Source of the DNA: a virus
Lineage: Duplodnaviria > Heunggongvirae > Uroviricota > Caudoviricetes
DNA length: 39,588 nt
Reading direction: 5' to 3' (one strand)
IMG/VR virus record: IMGVR_UViG_2534681990_000031
Positions 16,686 to 27,233 of the stretch are shown in pieces. The stretch's first letter is position 1, and the number at the start of each line of letters is the position of its first letter. The position numbers were made by a program, and so were the translations under genes. Below the pieces are notes generated by a model. The model was not told where the DNA came from. It ran no database searches and was given only the letters and a program-made list of their open reading frames with translations.

Positions 16686-18188
16686 TCACAAAATGAAACG
16701 GATCTGTGCTGCCAGGAAGCGGAACTGGTTAACCAGATCCGGCGTGCATAACACGTCAAGACGGTTTCGATCTGACGCATTACGCTCCACAAGCAGATTC
16801 TTTTTAAAGGTGTCCAGATTTTCGACCAGCCCGAGTTCCACCCACTCTTCACCCAGCGAAATTAACTGAAGCTTCATGATCTCCGGCGTCACGATATTCT
16901 GACCGGCACGAACGGGCGTCCCGTCATCAGCCAGTTTATGGCGCGGAAAACGTTGTGTGATAAAAGTACGCAGGGAATAACGCAGCCAGGAGAGGGTGTA
17001 GATGGTTTCCACATCCAGATAGCTGGGATCACTTTCGCCGTACACGTTCTGGCGATACATGGTCACCTGACGTTCGATCTGAACCACATCACCGGCAGCC
17101 ACACTGACCGTGGCAATCCCTCCCCACAGCAGACTGTTACGCTCTTCACGCGTCAGACGATCGGCCGGAGCCGGGGCCATGCGTGACGGAAGCGCCAGCG
17201 TCTGAAGCGGACGCGCAGGATCTGCTCCCAGAGAGGGTGCACAGGTGGCACAGACCGCCGCTGCCCAGAGGTAATCCGGTTCAGGGGCTTTGGGAATGGA
17301 TGTGCAGGTCGCCAGAAAATCATTGCGTTTTGCCCCGAATGCCTGCACCTCACCAAACGTGCCGGTATGTGCCAGCCACAGCACGCCGTCAGACATTTTG
17401 GCCGGTCCCCAGCGTTTCAGAAGCTCATCACTGATGATTTTCAGGTTTGCATCATCCTTATAGGGCATGACGACATAGTTGTACTGGCGATCGCCCATAC
17501 CCGCCACGCTTCGGGTGATATCCGGGTTAGCCGCTTTTTGTTTCGGATAGGCTATAGCGACCTGTATTCCTTCCGGGGTTGCTTCCCCGTCGTGATAGTT
17601 CAGGCGCACATCATGAACGGAGCATTCACCGGTAAAGCGGGCGGTGATCCCCAGAGACCCTTTCAGACCTGCGCCATTATCACCACTTCCTGCACCAGAG
17701 GAGGCCGTGAAGGGCGCGTCAGGATCGGCATTGATCAGCGCGGCCAGCTCGTCGGTCAGTTCTTTGCCTTTCTTACCTTTTGGTGCCGGGAGTGTATAAC
17801 GCCGCCCCCCCACGCAGGCATAAACAATCCCGTCACGGGTGACCGTTCCGGTCAGATTCATGGCCGCAGCCGTTGCCTGTCCGGTGCCGTTCCCCTGAGC
17901 AATGGCATACAGTTCAGCATCAGGATTGATGGCGATAAATTCCGCCACCATCAGGGCAATCATGGAGCCGCGCCCCCAGAGTTCTGTTGCCTGAGACGCA
18001 CGGGTGATCCTGACCGGAACATCCAGAACACCGGCACCGTCCACGGCATTCTCTTTCATTCTCGCCTGACCAAACAGCAGCACACACTGACGCTGTGCCG
18101 GAGTGCCGGTGACAGCCATGGAGTTATTAAACTCAACCTCAATCAGCGGTATACGGCGGTCATTACCGATCCCGTCAAAATTAATCAT
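16686..18188 (-). CDS. contractile tail sheath protein
   Basis: 500 aa; size, position and composition match Mu L / sheath family. Confidence 0.85.
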   Translation of the reverse strand: MINFDGIGNDRRIPLIEVEFNNSMAVTGTPAQRQCVLLFGQARMKENAVDGAGVLDVPVRITRASQATELWGRGSMIALMVAEFIAINPDAELYAIAQGNGTGQATAAAMNLTGTVTRDGIVYACVGGRRYTLPAPKGKKGKELTDELAALINADPDAPFTASSGAGSGDNGAGLKGSLGITARFTGECSVHDVRLNYHDGEATPEGIQVAIAYPKQKAANPDITRSVAGMGDRQYNYVVMPYKDDANLKIISDELLKRWGPAKMSDGVLWLAHTGTFGEVQAFGAKRNDFLATCTSIPKAPEPDYLWAAAVCATCAPSLGADPARPLQTLALPSRMAPAPADRLTREERNSLLWGGIATVSVAAGDVVQIERQVTMYRQNVYGESDPSYLDVETIYTLSWLRYSLRTFITQRFPRHKLADDGTPVRAGQNIVTPEIMKLQLISLGEEWVELGLVENLDTFKKNLLVERNASDRNRLDVLCTPDLVNQFRFLAAQIRFIL

Positions 18189-18430
18189 TGCGGTTTCTCC
18201 TTATCGGATGCCGGTTGGGCGACCGGTTTTTCTGTCGCAGTCGTTGCATCCGCAGATACAGCCGGAGCCTCTTCAGCGGCTTTTTCAGCCTGAATGACAT
18301 CGCCGTCATCAAGACGCCGACACCAGAACGGCGTAAAGGGCTTTTCCTCCCCCTCCTGTGCCAGCGGGCGCATTGTGTCGGGATCACGAATCAGGCGTCC
18401 CGGCGCGGGTTTGATAAAGATGGTTTTCAT
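18185..18430 (-). CDS. small head-tail region protein (Mu gp38-like)
   Basis: 81 aa, translationally coupled between gp37-like and sheath genes. Confidence 0.5.
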   Translation of the reverse strand: MKTIFIKPAPGRLIRDPDTMRPLAQEGEEKPFTPFWCRRLDDGDVIQAEKAAEEAPAVSADATTATEKPVAQPASDKEKPQ

Positions 18431-18991
18431 TTACAGTTCCTCCGGCGGTTCGACCGCCGTTGTCGTGTTCCCCGGCAAATCAATATGTGCCTCAAACGGC
18501 GGCGTACCGGGCGGCTCCACAAAGGTTTCGTAATGACGCAGGAAGTCGTCCAGCGAGCTGGTATCGGTCAGCGGTGCGATCATTTCCTCGCAGGAGAAAT
18601 AAAGCGCATACATCACCGCACCACTGTCCGCCTGGGTTTCGGTGTAACCGTTGACCGCCTTTTCAAAGTAAAGCGGTGAGGTTTTTTCTGTTCTGAAGCC
18701 GTTAAGCACGGCAATCAGCCGGGCCACAATCTGATACAGTCCGGGACGGCTGGCCTCACGCCCGTTGAGCATGTCGCCGATGACGTAGAACACCCAGTGA
18801 CTGACCAGGCGACCACGGGTACGGCCTTCACCGGCACCCAGCCAGGCAACGTAGATCGCCGGGGCGTTAATCAGCATGGTGCGCAGTACGCTGTCGCTCC
18901 AGTCGCCGGGATGCGTGTCAACAGACACCAGTTCATTCCCGAAATACTCACGGATACGGGCGATGTATGCCTGTTCGGTTTCCGTAATCAT
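18431..18991 (-). CDS. head-tail connector/neck protein (Mu gp37-like)
   Basis: 186 aa; synteny. Confidence 0.55.
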   Translation of the reverse strand: MITETEQAYIARIREYFGNELVSVDTHPGDWSDSVLRTMLINAPAIYVAWLGAGEGRTRGRLVSHWVFYVIGDMLNGREASRPGLYQIVARLIAVLNGFRTEKTSPLYFEKAVNGYTETQADSGAVMYALYFSCEEMIAPLTDTSSLDDFLRHYETFVEPPGTPPFEAHIDLPGNTTTAVEPPEEL

Positions 18992-19407
18992 ATGAAGCCC
19001 TTCTGGTTGCGCCCGAATACCGCTGCATCAGACTGAACCTGTGGTAAATCCCCGGATTCAGGGGCCGCACCGTTCGTATCCACACCGACCGGCACATTGC
19101 CGTTCATGACATCTTTCAGCCAGGCCAGCGCTTCACGGTAACGGTCACGCGCCTGATCGGAGGCTCGCTGATCGCACAGGTAATAAAAGGCAATCGCGCA
19201 ACAGTGCTGAACAAGAACGGCCGGAATAACCTCCAGCGGCAACGTGTAACGGGCGGACAGATAGCTGTCGATAAGGGCTGACGCATCTGTCAGCGCCCGG
19301 TTCAGCTTGCGCGTGTCCGGCTCATCCGAACGGGGCACAGCCAGTAACGGCCTGAGCAAATCCTCGCGGTAACGCGCCCGCATATCGGTTTCAGTGGCGT
19401 AATTCAT
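18988..19407 (-). CDS. head-tail joining protein (Mu gp36-like)
   Basis: 139 aa; synteny downstream of major head gene. Confidence 0.55.
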   Translation of the reverse strand: MNYATETDMRARYREDLLRPLLAVPRSDEPDTRKLNRALTDASALIDSYLSARYTLPLEVIPAVLVQHCCAIAFYYLCDQRASDQARDRYREALAWLKDVMNGNVPVGVDTNGAAPESGDLPQVQSDAAVFGRNQKGFI

Positions 19408-19778
19408 GCACGGGCCTGTTCCGCTTTGTTACCGGTCTTTTTCCGGGGAGCATCCTGTCCGGCTTCGGCTTCGGCTTCGGCTTCGGCTTCGGCTTCGGCT
19501 AAATCTGTACCGGCCACTGCATGAACCACACCCGCCACGCTCCCCGCATCATCAGCAGACGTCTGTAGTATTCGCACAGTGAGGCATGGCTCCTCCTCCA
19601 GTCGGGCAAGCTGCTCCGGGGTGACCTCAACCTGCTGACGTCCACGCGTGAACAGGAACCCCGCACGACGAAACGCCGAACGACTGCAACGCACTTCTGC
19701 CAGCACCGTGACAGAATTGTCACCACTGACCTGAAGACCTGAATCATCTGTTGCTGCCACAGTGTGATGTTCATTCAT
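19404..19778 (-). CDS. head-associated protein (Mu gp35 position) with C-terminal (Glu-Ala)n tract
   Basis: 124 aa; ...LAEAEAEAEAEAEAGQDAPRKKTGNKAEQARA; located between major head and gp36-like genes. Confidence 0.55.
   Translation of the reverse strand: MNEHHTVAATDDSGLQVSGDNSVTVLAEVRCSRSAFRRAGFLFTRGRQQVEVTPEQLARLEEEPCLTVRILQTSADDAGSVAGVVHAVAGTDLAEAEAEAEAEAEAGQDAPRKKTGNKAEQARA
19461..19500. repeat. (GGCTTC) hexanucleotide tandem repeat, ~6.7 copies, in-frame inside a CDS
   Basis: ggcttcggcttcggcttcggcttcggcttcggcttcggct read directly; encodes (EA)n on the minus strand. Confidence 0.9.
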
Positions 19779-19821
19779 ATTTGCCCTCCGCAGGGGCCGG
19801 GCCGTAAGCCCGGCTCACCGT

Positions 19822-20769
19822 TTACAGATAATCCGCGACAACCAGCTCCAGCTTACCCTTCATCTCGTTAGAGACGGTTGCGTTTCCGTCTGCGAACAGT
19901 TCACGCTCCAGCAGCTGCACCGCCTGTTTTTCCAGCGAGGTGGGGACAACAATATGGGTGGGTTTAATGCCGAGTTTGCGGCCACCGTCAGCGGTAAATT
20001 CGCGCATGGCTGACCAGCCGTGCCACAGTGCATCCAGCGTCAGCGGTGACTGCATCATGTAGGCCATCTGCCAGAAGCCGTAGCCCACATTGCGACGGGC
20101 GGATGCACCAAACACAAATTCGTTATCGGTGAATGCGCGACCTTCATCGACTTTGGTCTGGGCAACCAGTTCAGCCTTACGGCGATCCTGATAAATCAGC
20201 GGTTTTACCGCGCGGGAGCAGTCAAGCAGATACCAGGCCGGACCGCTGTAATCAGCCTGTGCGCCGACAGAGCCGGTTTTTGCCACAAACATATTGCTGA
20301 CCATCTGCGCATCCCCGGAGCCATCCACTTTGGGGTAAACCGGATGTTCGGTATCAAAGAAGTTCTGACCGTCATAGCAGGCCGCACTGATCCCGTCACG
20401 CAGGGCAGCAAAGACCAGCTCATCCGGTTGTACCGCCGCAGCGCGCCCCATCTCCTGGAACAACGGGGAATAAATACCGAGGTTGTCGTCTTCGAAGTCA
20501 TCGCGGCTAATGGCGACAGTGCCTTCAAAAGTTTTGTTCACGATGGCATAGCCATAGGCTTTCATCTTCTCGATGACGCGGGAGCCGATCCACTCACGGA
20601 ACTGCGGGAACTGCCCCAGCCAGCCGTAGGTGTTGGATTTCGATGTGGAGGGCACGGTCATCGCAATTTTTTTATACTGCGACGGGGCCATGGACATCCC
20701 GGCCTGAAAATCAGAACGGTAGCCCGTCATCAGGGCTGTGATCATCGCCGGTGTAATCGGGGTAGGCAT
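19822..20769 (-). CDS. major head subunit (Mu T-like)
   Basis: 315 aa; follows I protease/scaffold gene with overlapping stop/start; sequence type matches Mu-like major head family. Confidence 0.85.
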   Translation of the reverse strand: MPTPITPAMITALMTGYRSDFQAGMSMAPSQYKKIAMTVPSTSKSNTYGWLGQFPQFREWIGSRVIEKMKAYGYAIVNKTFEGTVAISRDDFEDDNLGIYSPLFQEMGRAAAVQPDELVFAALRDGISAACYDGQNFFDTEHPVYPKVDGSGDAQMVSNMFVAKTGSVGAQADYSGPAWYLLDCSRAVKPLIYQDRRKAELVAQTKVDEGRAFTDNEFVFGASARRNVGYGFWQMAYMMQSPLTLDALWHGWSAMREFTADGGRKLGIKPTHIVVPTSLEKQAVQLLERELFADGNATVSNEMKGKLELVVADYL

Positions 20770-21893
20770 TATTGCATTTCCTCTTTCATTTTCAGGAACT
20801 CGGCTTCGGTTTTACCCAGCAGTTTGGCGGCCGCGATATCTTCAGCCGACAGCGCAGCGGTGGCAGTCTTTTTATCCGGCACGGTCACGGTGTCGGTCTG
20901 AAGAGAGGTCAGGGCCGCAACCGGCTGGCGGGCGTCAAGCTGTGCAGAAAGTGCCGCAACGCCAATCTGCCCGCCCAGTTGTTCCAGATAGCCGCGTTCG
21001 CTTTTGAAGATGCGCCCTTCGGATTCAGCCTTGTCCAGCACCTGCTCCAGCGTGGTGCTGCCGTGCTGCGCCGACAGCGCAACGTATTCGGTACGCAGGG
21101 CGTTATACGTTTCAACGGGCACGTATTTCGTCAGATCAATAATGCCGCCAGCCGGTGTGCCTTTTGCGGTTTCCAGCTCTGCCGACAGACTGGCGACCTG
21201 TGTTTTCAGGTTGTCGTGTGCATCCGCACGGGTTTTGATCCCGGTGAGGGCAGACAGCGCCGCCGTGCCCAGCTCCGGCGTAAATTCGTCACCGTCAGCC
21301 ACGGTCAGACCGAGCGCCGTCAGCAACTGGCGTAATTGCTCATTCATGGAGGTATCCTTTAAAGGAGGGTTTAAGGCGTTATAAAGGTCATCCGCCGACA
21401 GCGCGGCGACAGGATTCATGCCGGTCAGACCGGGGTCACCGGTAATAGCCAGCATCCGAAGTTCGACAGGTTCGCCGGTGTTCTCGTCATAGCCAATCAC
21501 CGGTGAAAACCAGGGGAATTCGTTATTACGCAGATGTTCAAGGGCCGGAGGGTTCCACTTCGGGCGCACCTCGAAGCCACGCTCTTCACTGAAGCGAAAA
21601 TTCTCCGGTGAGGCCATCACAAAACCGGCAGCCGGTGCCTGATGCCCCTTAATCAGGGTCTGGTGGTTGTAGTCAATTTTCACCGGCTGATTGAGCGCCA
21701 CAACCCGGGATACCATGCGCTCAACGGTCGCACGGTTAATCAGCCAGCCCTCGGCCGGTTTTTCCGGGCGACCGTCACGGGCCTTTACCCGACCGGCTGG
21801 CATGATCTGACACCAGTCACCGTCCCCGTCTGCGGACAGGCTGATGGCATTCAGAATGGCATAAGCAAGTTTGGGCGTGTTTTTCGTCTTCAT
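20769..21893 (-). CDS. head maturation protease / scaffold (Mu I-like)
   Basis: 374 aa; N-terminal domain then Ala/Leu-rich coiled C-terminal half as in Mu I/Z. Confidence 0.8.
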   Translation of the reverse strand: MKTKNTPKLAYAILNAISLSADGDGDWCQIMPAGRVKARDGRPEKPAEGWLINRATVERMVSRVVALNQPVKIDYNHQTLIKGHQAPAAGFVMASPENFRFSEERGFEVRPKWNPPALEHLRNNEFPWFSPVIGYDENTGEPVELRMLAITGDPGLTGMNPVAALSADDLYNALNPPLKDTSMNEQLRQLLTALGLTVADGDEFTPELGTAALSALTGIKTRADAHDNLKTQVASLSAELETAKGTPAGGIIDLTKYVPVETYNALRTEYVALSAQHGSTTLEQVLDKAESEGRIFKSERGYLEQLGGQIGVAALSAQLDARQPVAALTSLQTDTVTVPDKKTATAALSAEDIAAAKLLGKTEAEFLKMKEEMQ

Positions 21894-22069
21894 TCCGGCA
21901 GCATAAGCCGGGAATTTTCAGGGCGGGTTTTGCGGGATTTCAGGAAGTGCTTCCAGGGGAAAAATACAAAGGCGCTTCACGCAGATTTTAAAGCCCGTTA
22001 AATACAGGTTAGAAAATCACGACACGCGCCTGAAGGGGGTAAGGTAATGCATTTGCATACCTTAAACAA

Positions 22070-22543
22070 TTAAGGCGTTTCTGTGGCCTTTTTAAAGCGT
22101 TTTCTGATTTCGTCCATGATCTCCTGCTCTGCCACCTGATCAAAGCCCATATACGGGCGTGCGCCAATGGCCGCCGGTCCCGGTGGCATACCAGGCAGGC
22201 CACCCCACTGATGAATGGCCGCATAAGGCTCATTTGATCCAATCAGCGCCCAGGTATCGCCATAATCCGTGGTCAGGCGTCGGGCCAGATCGCCGTTCAG
22301 CGTCAGGATTTTGCCGGGCATGTATCCCTTACGGGTACGCCACTTGCGGTAAGGATCTGACCAGTCATGCCAGCGTTCGCCGTCCGGCTCTTTTTCCTGT
22401 TCAAACGCCATTTCTGACGATGACAGAAGACTCGCCGCCACACTGCGGGCCAGGTCTTTCCCTCCACCCACAAACTGAAGCCGGGCAAAGACCCGCTGGA
22501 GACGCGTAACGTCAACAACGACAGCGGCATCAATGGATGACAT
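22070..22543 (-). CDS. virion morphogenesis protein (Mu G-like)
   Basis: 157 aa between F-like and I-like genes. Confidence 0.7.
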   Translation of the reverse strand: MSSIDAAVVVDVTRLQRVFARLQFVGGGKDLARSVAASLLSSSEMAFEQEKEPDGERWHDWSDPYRKWRTRKGYMPGKILTLNGDLARRLTTDYGDTWALIGSNEPYAAIHQWGGLPGMPPGPAAIGARPYMGFDQVAEQEIMDEIRKRFKKATETP

Positions 22544-22664
22544 ATTGCCTCCGCATAAAGGATGAATATAAAATAAACAGGCGGTCAGTGTACGCTTAAC
22601 TGGTAAAGTCGGTGCCTGCCTCCGGGTGGATCATGTATGCGGGTTCAACCCCCGCCACTGACCG

Positions 22665-23996
22665 TTAATCAATATCTCCTTCCAGTACCTCAAGCATTCC
22701 ACCCCGGATATCCGATTTCAGCTTATCCATATTGATAACCCGGTAAGCATTCACAATCACATCCAGTTTATCCGGCTGACGCTTCAGGCTGTACGGCGCA
22801 TTAACGGCAATCTGCACACTGCTATCCTTACTTTCCACGATATACATCAGATTGTTGTGGCGTTTGTCCCACAGCACCGCTTTTGGCTTTGCCAGCATTG
22901 CCGGTAATCGACCGAAATCCTCCGGCGTCAGGGCGATACCGTCATTCTGATGTTTCATGCTGTCCGCATGGAGCACATTTTTACCGCTCATCGCCAGCAG
23001 GCGGGCCGGTGGCGTTCCCGTCCGGCTTTCCACCGCCTGCGCAATGCTTTCGGTCATAAAGCCCAGCGTGCGGATATCGTTACCGCCTCGCCGGGTTTTC
23101 ATGATGTTTTTTGCCCAGATGCGGAACGCCAGCTGCCGCTCCGGGCTGTTGTTCATCTCCTGCACTACCATTTCCCGCAGCGCCGGGCTTTTCACCTCGA
23201 TCAGTTTACGGATCAACGCCTGGTCTGTGCCGAACGCCGCCGAGCCGGGGTTATATGACCAGCCCACATCCGGTGTCATGGTTCTGGTGCCATCTGAATA
23301 TGTGGTCACCGGCATTTCTCTGACTTCTCCGGTCTGCTTATCCACGCCAGCCTCAACATTGCGGGTGGAAAGATGATCCTGACCGGATGAAACGGATAAC
23401 CCCATTGCATCCAGACGGGTCTGAGACAATGGCCGGACACGGCAGCGGCAGTTCCAGCCATTGGGTGGGTAGTGTGTATTCCAGAACGGATCGTCATAGC
23501 GGAATACCTGCCCGTTAAGGGCGGAATGCGCCGGGCGGGTGCGGCTGTCCATCACCGCCACATACTGCCAGAACGGATGCGTGTCCGTGTTGTTCATCAT
23601 CTGCGTGTAACGCCCGGCATTGTAAGCCACGCGGGTGTTCACGTTGTAAATCAGCGCCAGACGGCGGGGACTGCCCAGTTGCACTTCTTCTGCGTTACCG
23701 GCGCTGTCCACCACAATCTGCTTTCCCCACCATCCCAGCTTTTGCAGGCGGGGTGTCAGTGTGCGGATAAATGCTTTCTGTGAAATCCCCTCATCAACAG
23801 CACGCTGCACTTCCGCCTGTAGTGTGGTCAGTACGTCCAGGCGTGCCACTTTTGCCGCCGTGAATGAACGGGCATGAACATCCGCGTCTGTTTCGAACCA
23901 GTTCCAGCTGATATGCGCCCCTTTGGCGCGGAAGTATGCCACCGCCTCTTTTGAGGGAAGCGTGGCGGCATAACCTAAATCAATCCCCTGTGCCAT
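22665..23996 (-). CDS. minor head protein, Mu F-like
   Basis: 443 aa; ...NGWNCRCRVRPLS motif region typical of F-like head morphogenesis proteins; follows portal. Confidence 0.8.
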   Translation of the reverse strand: MAQGIDLGYAATLPSKEAVAYFRAKGAHISWNWFETDADVHARSFTAAKVARLDVLTTLQAEVQRAVDEGISQKAFIRTLTPRLQKLGWWGKQIVVDSAGNAEEVQLGSPRRLALIYNVNTRVAYNAGRYTQMMNNTDTHPFWQYVAVMDSRTRPAHSALNGQVFRYDDPFWNTHYPPNGWNCRCRVRPLSQTRLDAMGLSVSSGQDHLSTRNVEAGVDKQTGEVREMPVTTYSDGTRTMTPDVGWSYNPGSAAFGTDQALIRKLIEVKSPALREMVVQEMNNSPERQLAFRIWAKNIMKTRRGGNDIRTLGFMTESIAQAVESRTGTPPARLLAMSGKNVLHADSMKHQNDGIALTPEDFGRLPAMLAKPKAVLWDKRHNNLMYIVESKDSSVQIAVNAPYSLKRQPDKLDVIVNAYRVINMDKLKSDIRGGMLEVLEGDID

Positions 23997-25578
23997 CCAG
24001 CATCCCCTTCATTTCCGCAGCAAACATGGCATCACTGAGCAGCGTCATCAGGCGGGAATCATCCATTTCACGGTAAAGGGCAGGCAGGTCTGCCAGTGCC
24101 TCCGCCAGCCCCCGCGTTCTGATGGCTTCAATGACCGGCTCCAGTACCGGGTCGATGGCCTCCTGTAACCGGCGGGCAGGCACCGCATCCCCCATGTCGT
24201 CCAGTTCATCTCGGGGGCTGCTCTTCGCTTCCGGCAGTCTGGCAGCCAGCGCTGTCTGCTCTGTCTTCTCCTGTTTTTCCGGTGGCATCTCTTTGTCTGT
24301 CTGAGCAGGTTCATTGCCACTCTGACGGACACGGAAGATGGCTTCACCGGGGGCAGGCTGTGGAATACCGGTCTGCTCCCGCACCCAGGGATCAGGAATA
24401 TCCATCCCCGTACTGAGCTGCATCACCGCACTGGTGATTTTGGTGATATCCCCCGGCTCTTTTGTCTGGAAACAGATACGCGGCAGGCGACGGATATCAA
24501 TGGCGTGGGCGGTGTTCAGGGCATACAGCGGATACACCAGATCGCGGTTCAGCGTGGCGGCCAGCTGACGTAAATCAGAATCCCTGATTTCCCGGCGCAC
24601 CTCGTTATGCACTTCACCCAGCGAACGTGCGCCCTTGTCTCCGGCTTCCGTGGTCAGCGTGCCGCCGAGGATAGCTTTGGAGATGGAACGCTCCCCCCAC
24701 GAAATCATGGTTTCAAACGGATCGGCCTGACCGTTCGCTGCCGCCTGAAACTCCAGCGACATCCCGGCCGGGATGATCCCGCCTGTACGTCGCCCGATAT
24801 CCATCACCGCCCGCATCAGGGCGCTTTTCTGCTCCGGTGTTGCCCCGGACGGGTATTTACCGACCTTCATCGGCAGGCCGTACACCTCCAGAAATTCAGC
24901 CAGATCGCGCACGGAATAGTTTTTGAAAATGAACGGCCAGATAAGCGTTCTGACAAGCCCCGTCGCACCACCGTAGCCAGTGCGTGAACGCGACTGATGC
25001 ACTATCCAGCCAAAGGGCTGAAACGCCACCCCGGCATGGCTGCCGTCACGCAGCCGCAGTTCGCTCAAATCATCCGGGTTAAGGCAGAAATGCCCGCTGT
25101 CACGCCAGCGGATGGCGCGGATGATGTGCATTTTACCGAGCATCCCGTGCTCAATCTCCATACAGGAATAGCCCTTCAGGATGGCATCGGTGGCATCAAA
25201 CAGCATGGCATCAAACCAGTCGGCGGAATGCAGATATTCGTCGAGCATTTCCGCGTCCTTTTTCTCATTCGCGCTGGCGTTCGGGGGCGGCTCAATACTC
25301 CAGGACACCCCCTGAATGGCAAGGCGTCGCTTGCCCAGCTCTGCAAAAAGGTGGGTATCCTTTTCTTCAATGTCAGCGGCCAGATCGGACTGGGCAATCA
25401 GATCGCCACGTTCAGCTCCGCGAAGGCACTGTGCCGCCCGGTTCGGGGTGATACCCGAGGCCGGATGTTCAATATAACGGCTGGCAATCTGCGGAATATC
25501 CAGCACGGCACTCTGCATCTCCGGGTCAAAGGAGAAAGGTTTTCCGTCAAGATCAATTATGCGTCCCACTACCAGCAC
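23980..25578 (-). CDS. portal protein (Mu gp29-like)
   Basis: 532 aa directly downstream of large terminase. Confidence 0.85.
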   Translation of the reverse strand: MLVVGRIIDLDGKPFSFDPEMQSAVLDIPQIASRYIEHPASGITPNRAAQCLRGAERGDLIAQSDLAADIEEKDTHLFAELGKRRLAIQGVSWSIEPPPNASANEKKDAEMLDEYLHSADWFDAMLFDATDAILKGYSCMEIEHGMLGKMHIIRAIRWRDSGHFCLNPDDLSELRLRDGSHAGVAFQPFGWIVHQSRSRTGYGGATGLVRTLIWPFIFKNYSVRDLAEFLEVYGLPMKVGKYPSGATPEQKSALMRAVMDIGRRTGGIIPAGMSLEFQAAANGQADPFETMISWGERSISKAILGGTLTTEAGDKGARSLGEVHNEVRREIRDSDLRQLAATLNRDLVYPLYALNTAHAIDIRRLPRICFQTKEPGDITKITSAVMQLSTGMDIPDPWVREQTGIPQPAPGEAIFRVRQSGNEPAQTDKEMPPEKQEKTEQTALAARLPEAKSSPRDELDDMGDAVPARRLQEAIDPVLEPVIEAIRTRGLAEALADLPALYREMDDSRLMTLLSDAMFAAEMKGMLDGTGD

Positions 25579-27233
25579 CCCCGATCAAATTCATGATATG
25601 CCTCATCGTCATCACGATAACCGCCCTCCATTGCCCGCGACCGCTCCGGCAGCGCCTGACAGGCTGATTCATCCAGGATGAAGCCCTCCATGTATGACGC
25701 CCGGTTTGCCATACAGAGCGCCACGGCAAAATCACCATGGCGGCGGGCGTTCACAGCCGTTGCGTTCTGGTCCTTCGTACGCCCCTTGTCGATTTGCGGG
25801 ATACCGTTCACCACCTTCACATGGCGCAAATCATCAAGCGTGGTCTGATGGCGGGCGACGAGGATATTCTGATCCTCAAACTCGGCCTTCAGTTTTGGCA
25901 TCCACTCGCCATACCACTTCGGCGATAACATCACGCAGTCGATGATGTCCGGGCCAAAGGCCAGCAGCGCGGCTTCGGCCAGATAGCCGCCGTTACCGGT
26001 GGCGTCGAACGCCGCACCGACCAGCGCCGGAACGCGGGTCAGGATGTACATCATCACCTGCTCCTGCTGGGCATACGGCAGGTTGCGCAGCTCCACGCGA
26101 AACACCTCGCGTTTTGCCAGGGATTCAGTGATTTCCAGCAGCACAAAGCAGGACAGGTCTCCGGTGCGGGCAAAGTCTTCCCCGAAGCTGAAGCGGGAAC
26201 GGGGATTTAACGCCTCTAAAAGCGGTTTTAAATGTTCTTCACACCAGGTTAAAACCTCCGATTCACGCAGCCATGCGGCACGGCTGATGAAGTCGTCCGG
26301 GGCTTCAAACGTCAGAATCGGGATGTCGCGGATCATCGCCATTTCAATAAGCGCGTGAGGAATATAGGCACCGCCGGATTTTTTCGGGATACAGCCGTAT
26401 TCCTCGTCGGCATCCTCACGGGTCGGGGCGTTTTTGTAGAGATCATCACGCCACTTCTGCTCGCTTTCCGGTGACCATTCGCGGCCGGTGACATAACAGA
26501 TACGACGGTACAGCCCGTCCGCAATGGCATCATCCAGGGTAATGCGGTGGACGCTGTAATCCTTGCGCCCCTCGCGGGCTTCCTGAATGTACTGATTAAA
26601 CAGATTATCGACGCCGTTATGCGTGGAGATAATACGCACGCGCGCGCCCCACATGGTAAGCGCCATTGCCGCCTTGAGAAGCTCATCCAGTGACTCGTGG
26701 AACGCGGCTTCATCAATCACCACATCCCCCTGAAGGCCGCGCAGGTTTGACGGACGGGAAGACAGTGCCTGAATTTTGAATCCACTGTTCGGAAAGCGGA
26801 TCATGTAGGTCAGAATTTCTTCTTTTTTATCCCGATCCCAGAAGGTCTGCTCATACACATCAGCATCTGCCAGCTGGTTAAAGGCACGGGAGAACAGTGC
26901 GCAGGCAGAAATATATTCCAGCGCCATCTCCTGCTTTGACCCCACATAAAACACATTGCGGCCACCACGCCGCTTCGGTTTTGCAGCGGTAATGACGTTA
27001 CGCCCGGCTTCCGCCCAGGTAAGCCCGGTGCGGCGGGATTTTTCCGCGATGCAGACCTCGCTTTCATCCTCAAACCAGCGGGCCTGATAATCCAGAAACA
27101 CCGGCATATCACCGGGCAAATCAAGGCTGTCCGGCACATCCACGCCCAGCAGGGCTTTTTCACCGGCCAGATCAATTTTGCGGGTGGAGACGGTATTCGT
27201 CAGTAAGGGTGAGAGTTCTTCGGCGTTATTCAT
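25569..27233 (-). CDS. terminase large subunit (Mu gp28-like)
   Basis: 554 aa; ATPase plus nuclease-sized protein at the head of the packaging module. Confidence 0.85.
   Translation of the reverse strand: MNNAEELSPLLTNTVSTRKIDLAGEKALLGVDVPDSLDLPGDMPVFLDYQARWFEDESEVCIAEKSRRTGLTWAEAGRNVITAAKPKRRGGRNVFYVGSKQEMALEYISACALFSRAFNQLADADVYEQTFWDRDKKEEILTYMIRFPNSGFKIQALSSRPSNLRGLQGDVVIDEAAFHESLDELLKAAMALTMWGARVRIISTHNGVDNLFNQYIQEAREGRKDYSVHRITLDDAIADGLYRRICYVTGREWSPESEQKWRDDLYKNAPTREDADEEYGCIPKKSGGAYIPHALIEMAMIRDIPILTFEAPDDFISRAAWLRESEVLTWCEEHLKPLLEALNPRSRFSFGEDFARTGDLSCFVLLEITESLAKREVFRVELRNLPYAQQEQVMMYILTRVPALVGAAFDATGNGGYLAEAALLAFGPDIIDCVMLSPKWYGEWMPKLKAEFEDQNILVARHQTTLDDLRHVKVVNGIPQIDKGRTKDQNATAVNARRHGDFAVALCMANRASYMEGFILDESACQALPERSRAMEGGYRDDDEAYHEFDRGCW

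Noticed and set aside
17367-18293. 308-aa plus-strand ORF
   Set aside because: Antisense to the tail sheath gene; same shadow-frame composition.
19461-19500. Possible CRISPR-like array
   Set aside because: It is a 6-bp microsatellite with no spacers and lies inside a CDS; no repeat-spacer structure anywhere in the window.
24997-25596. 199-aa plus-strand ORF
   Set aside because: Antisense to the portal gene.
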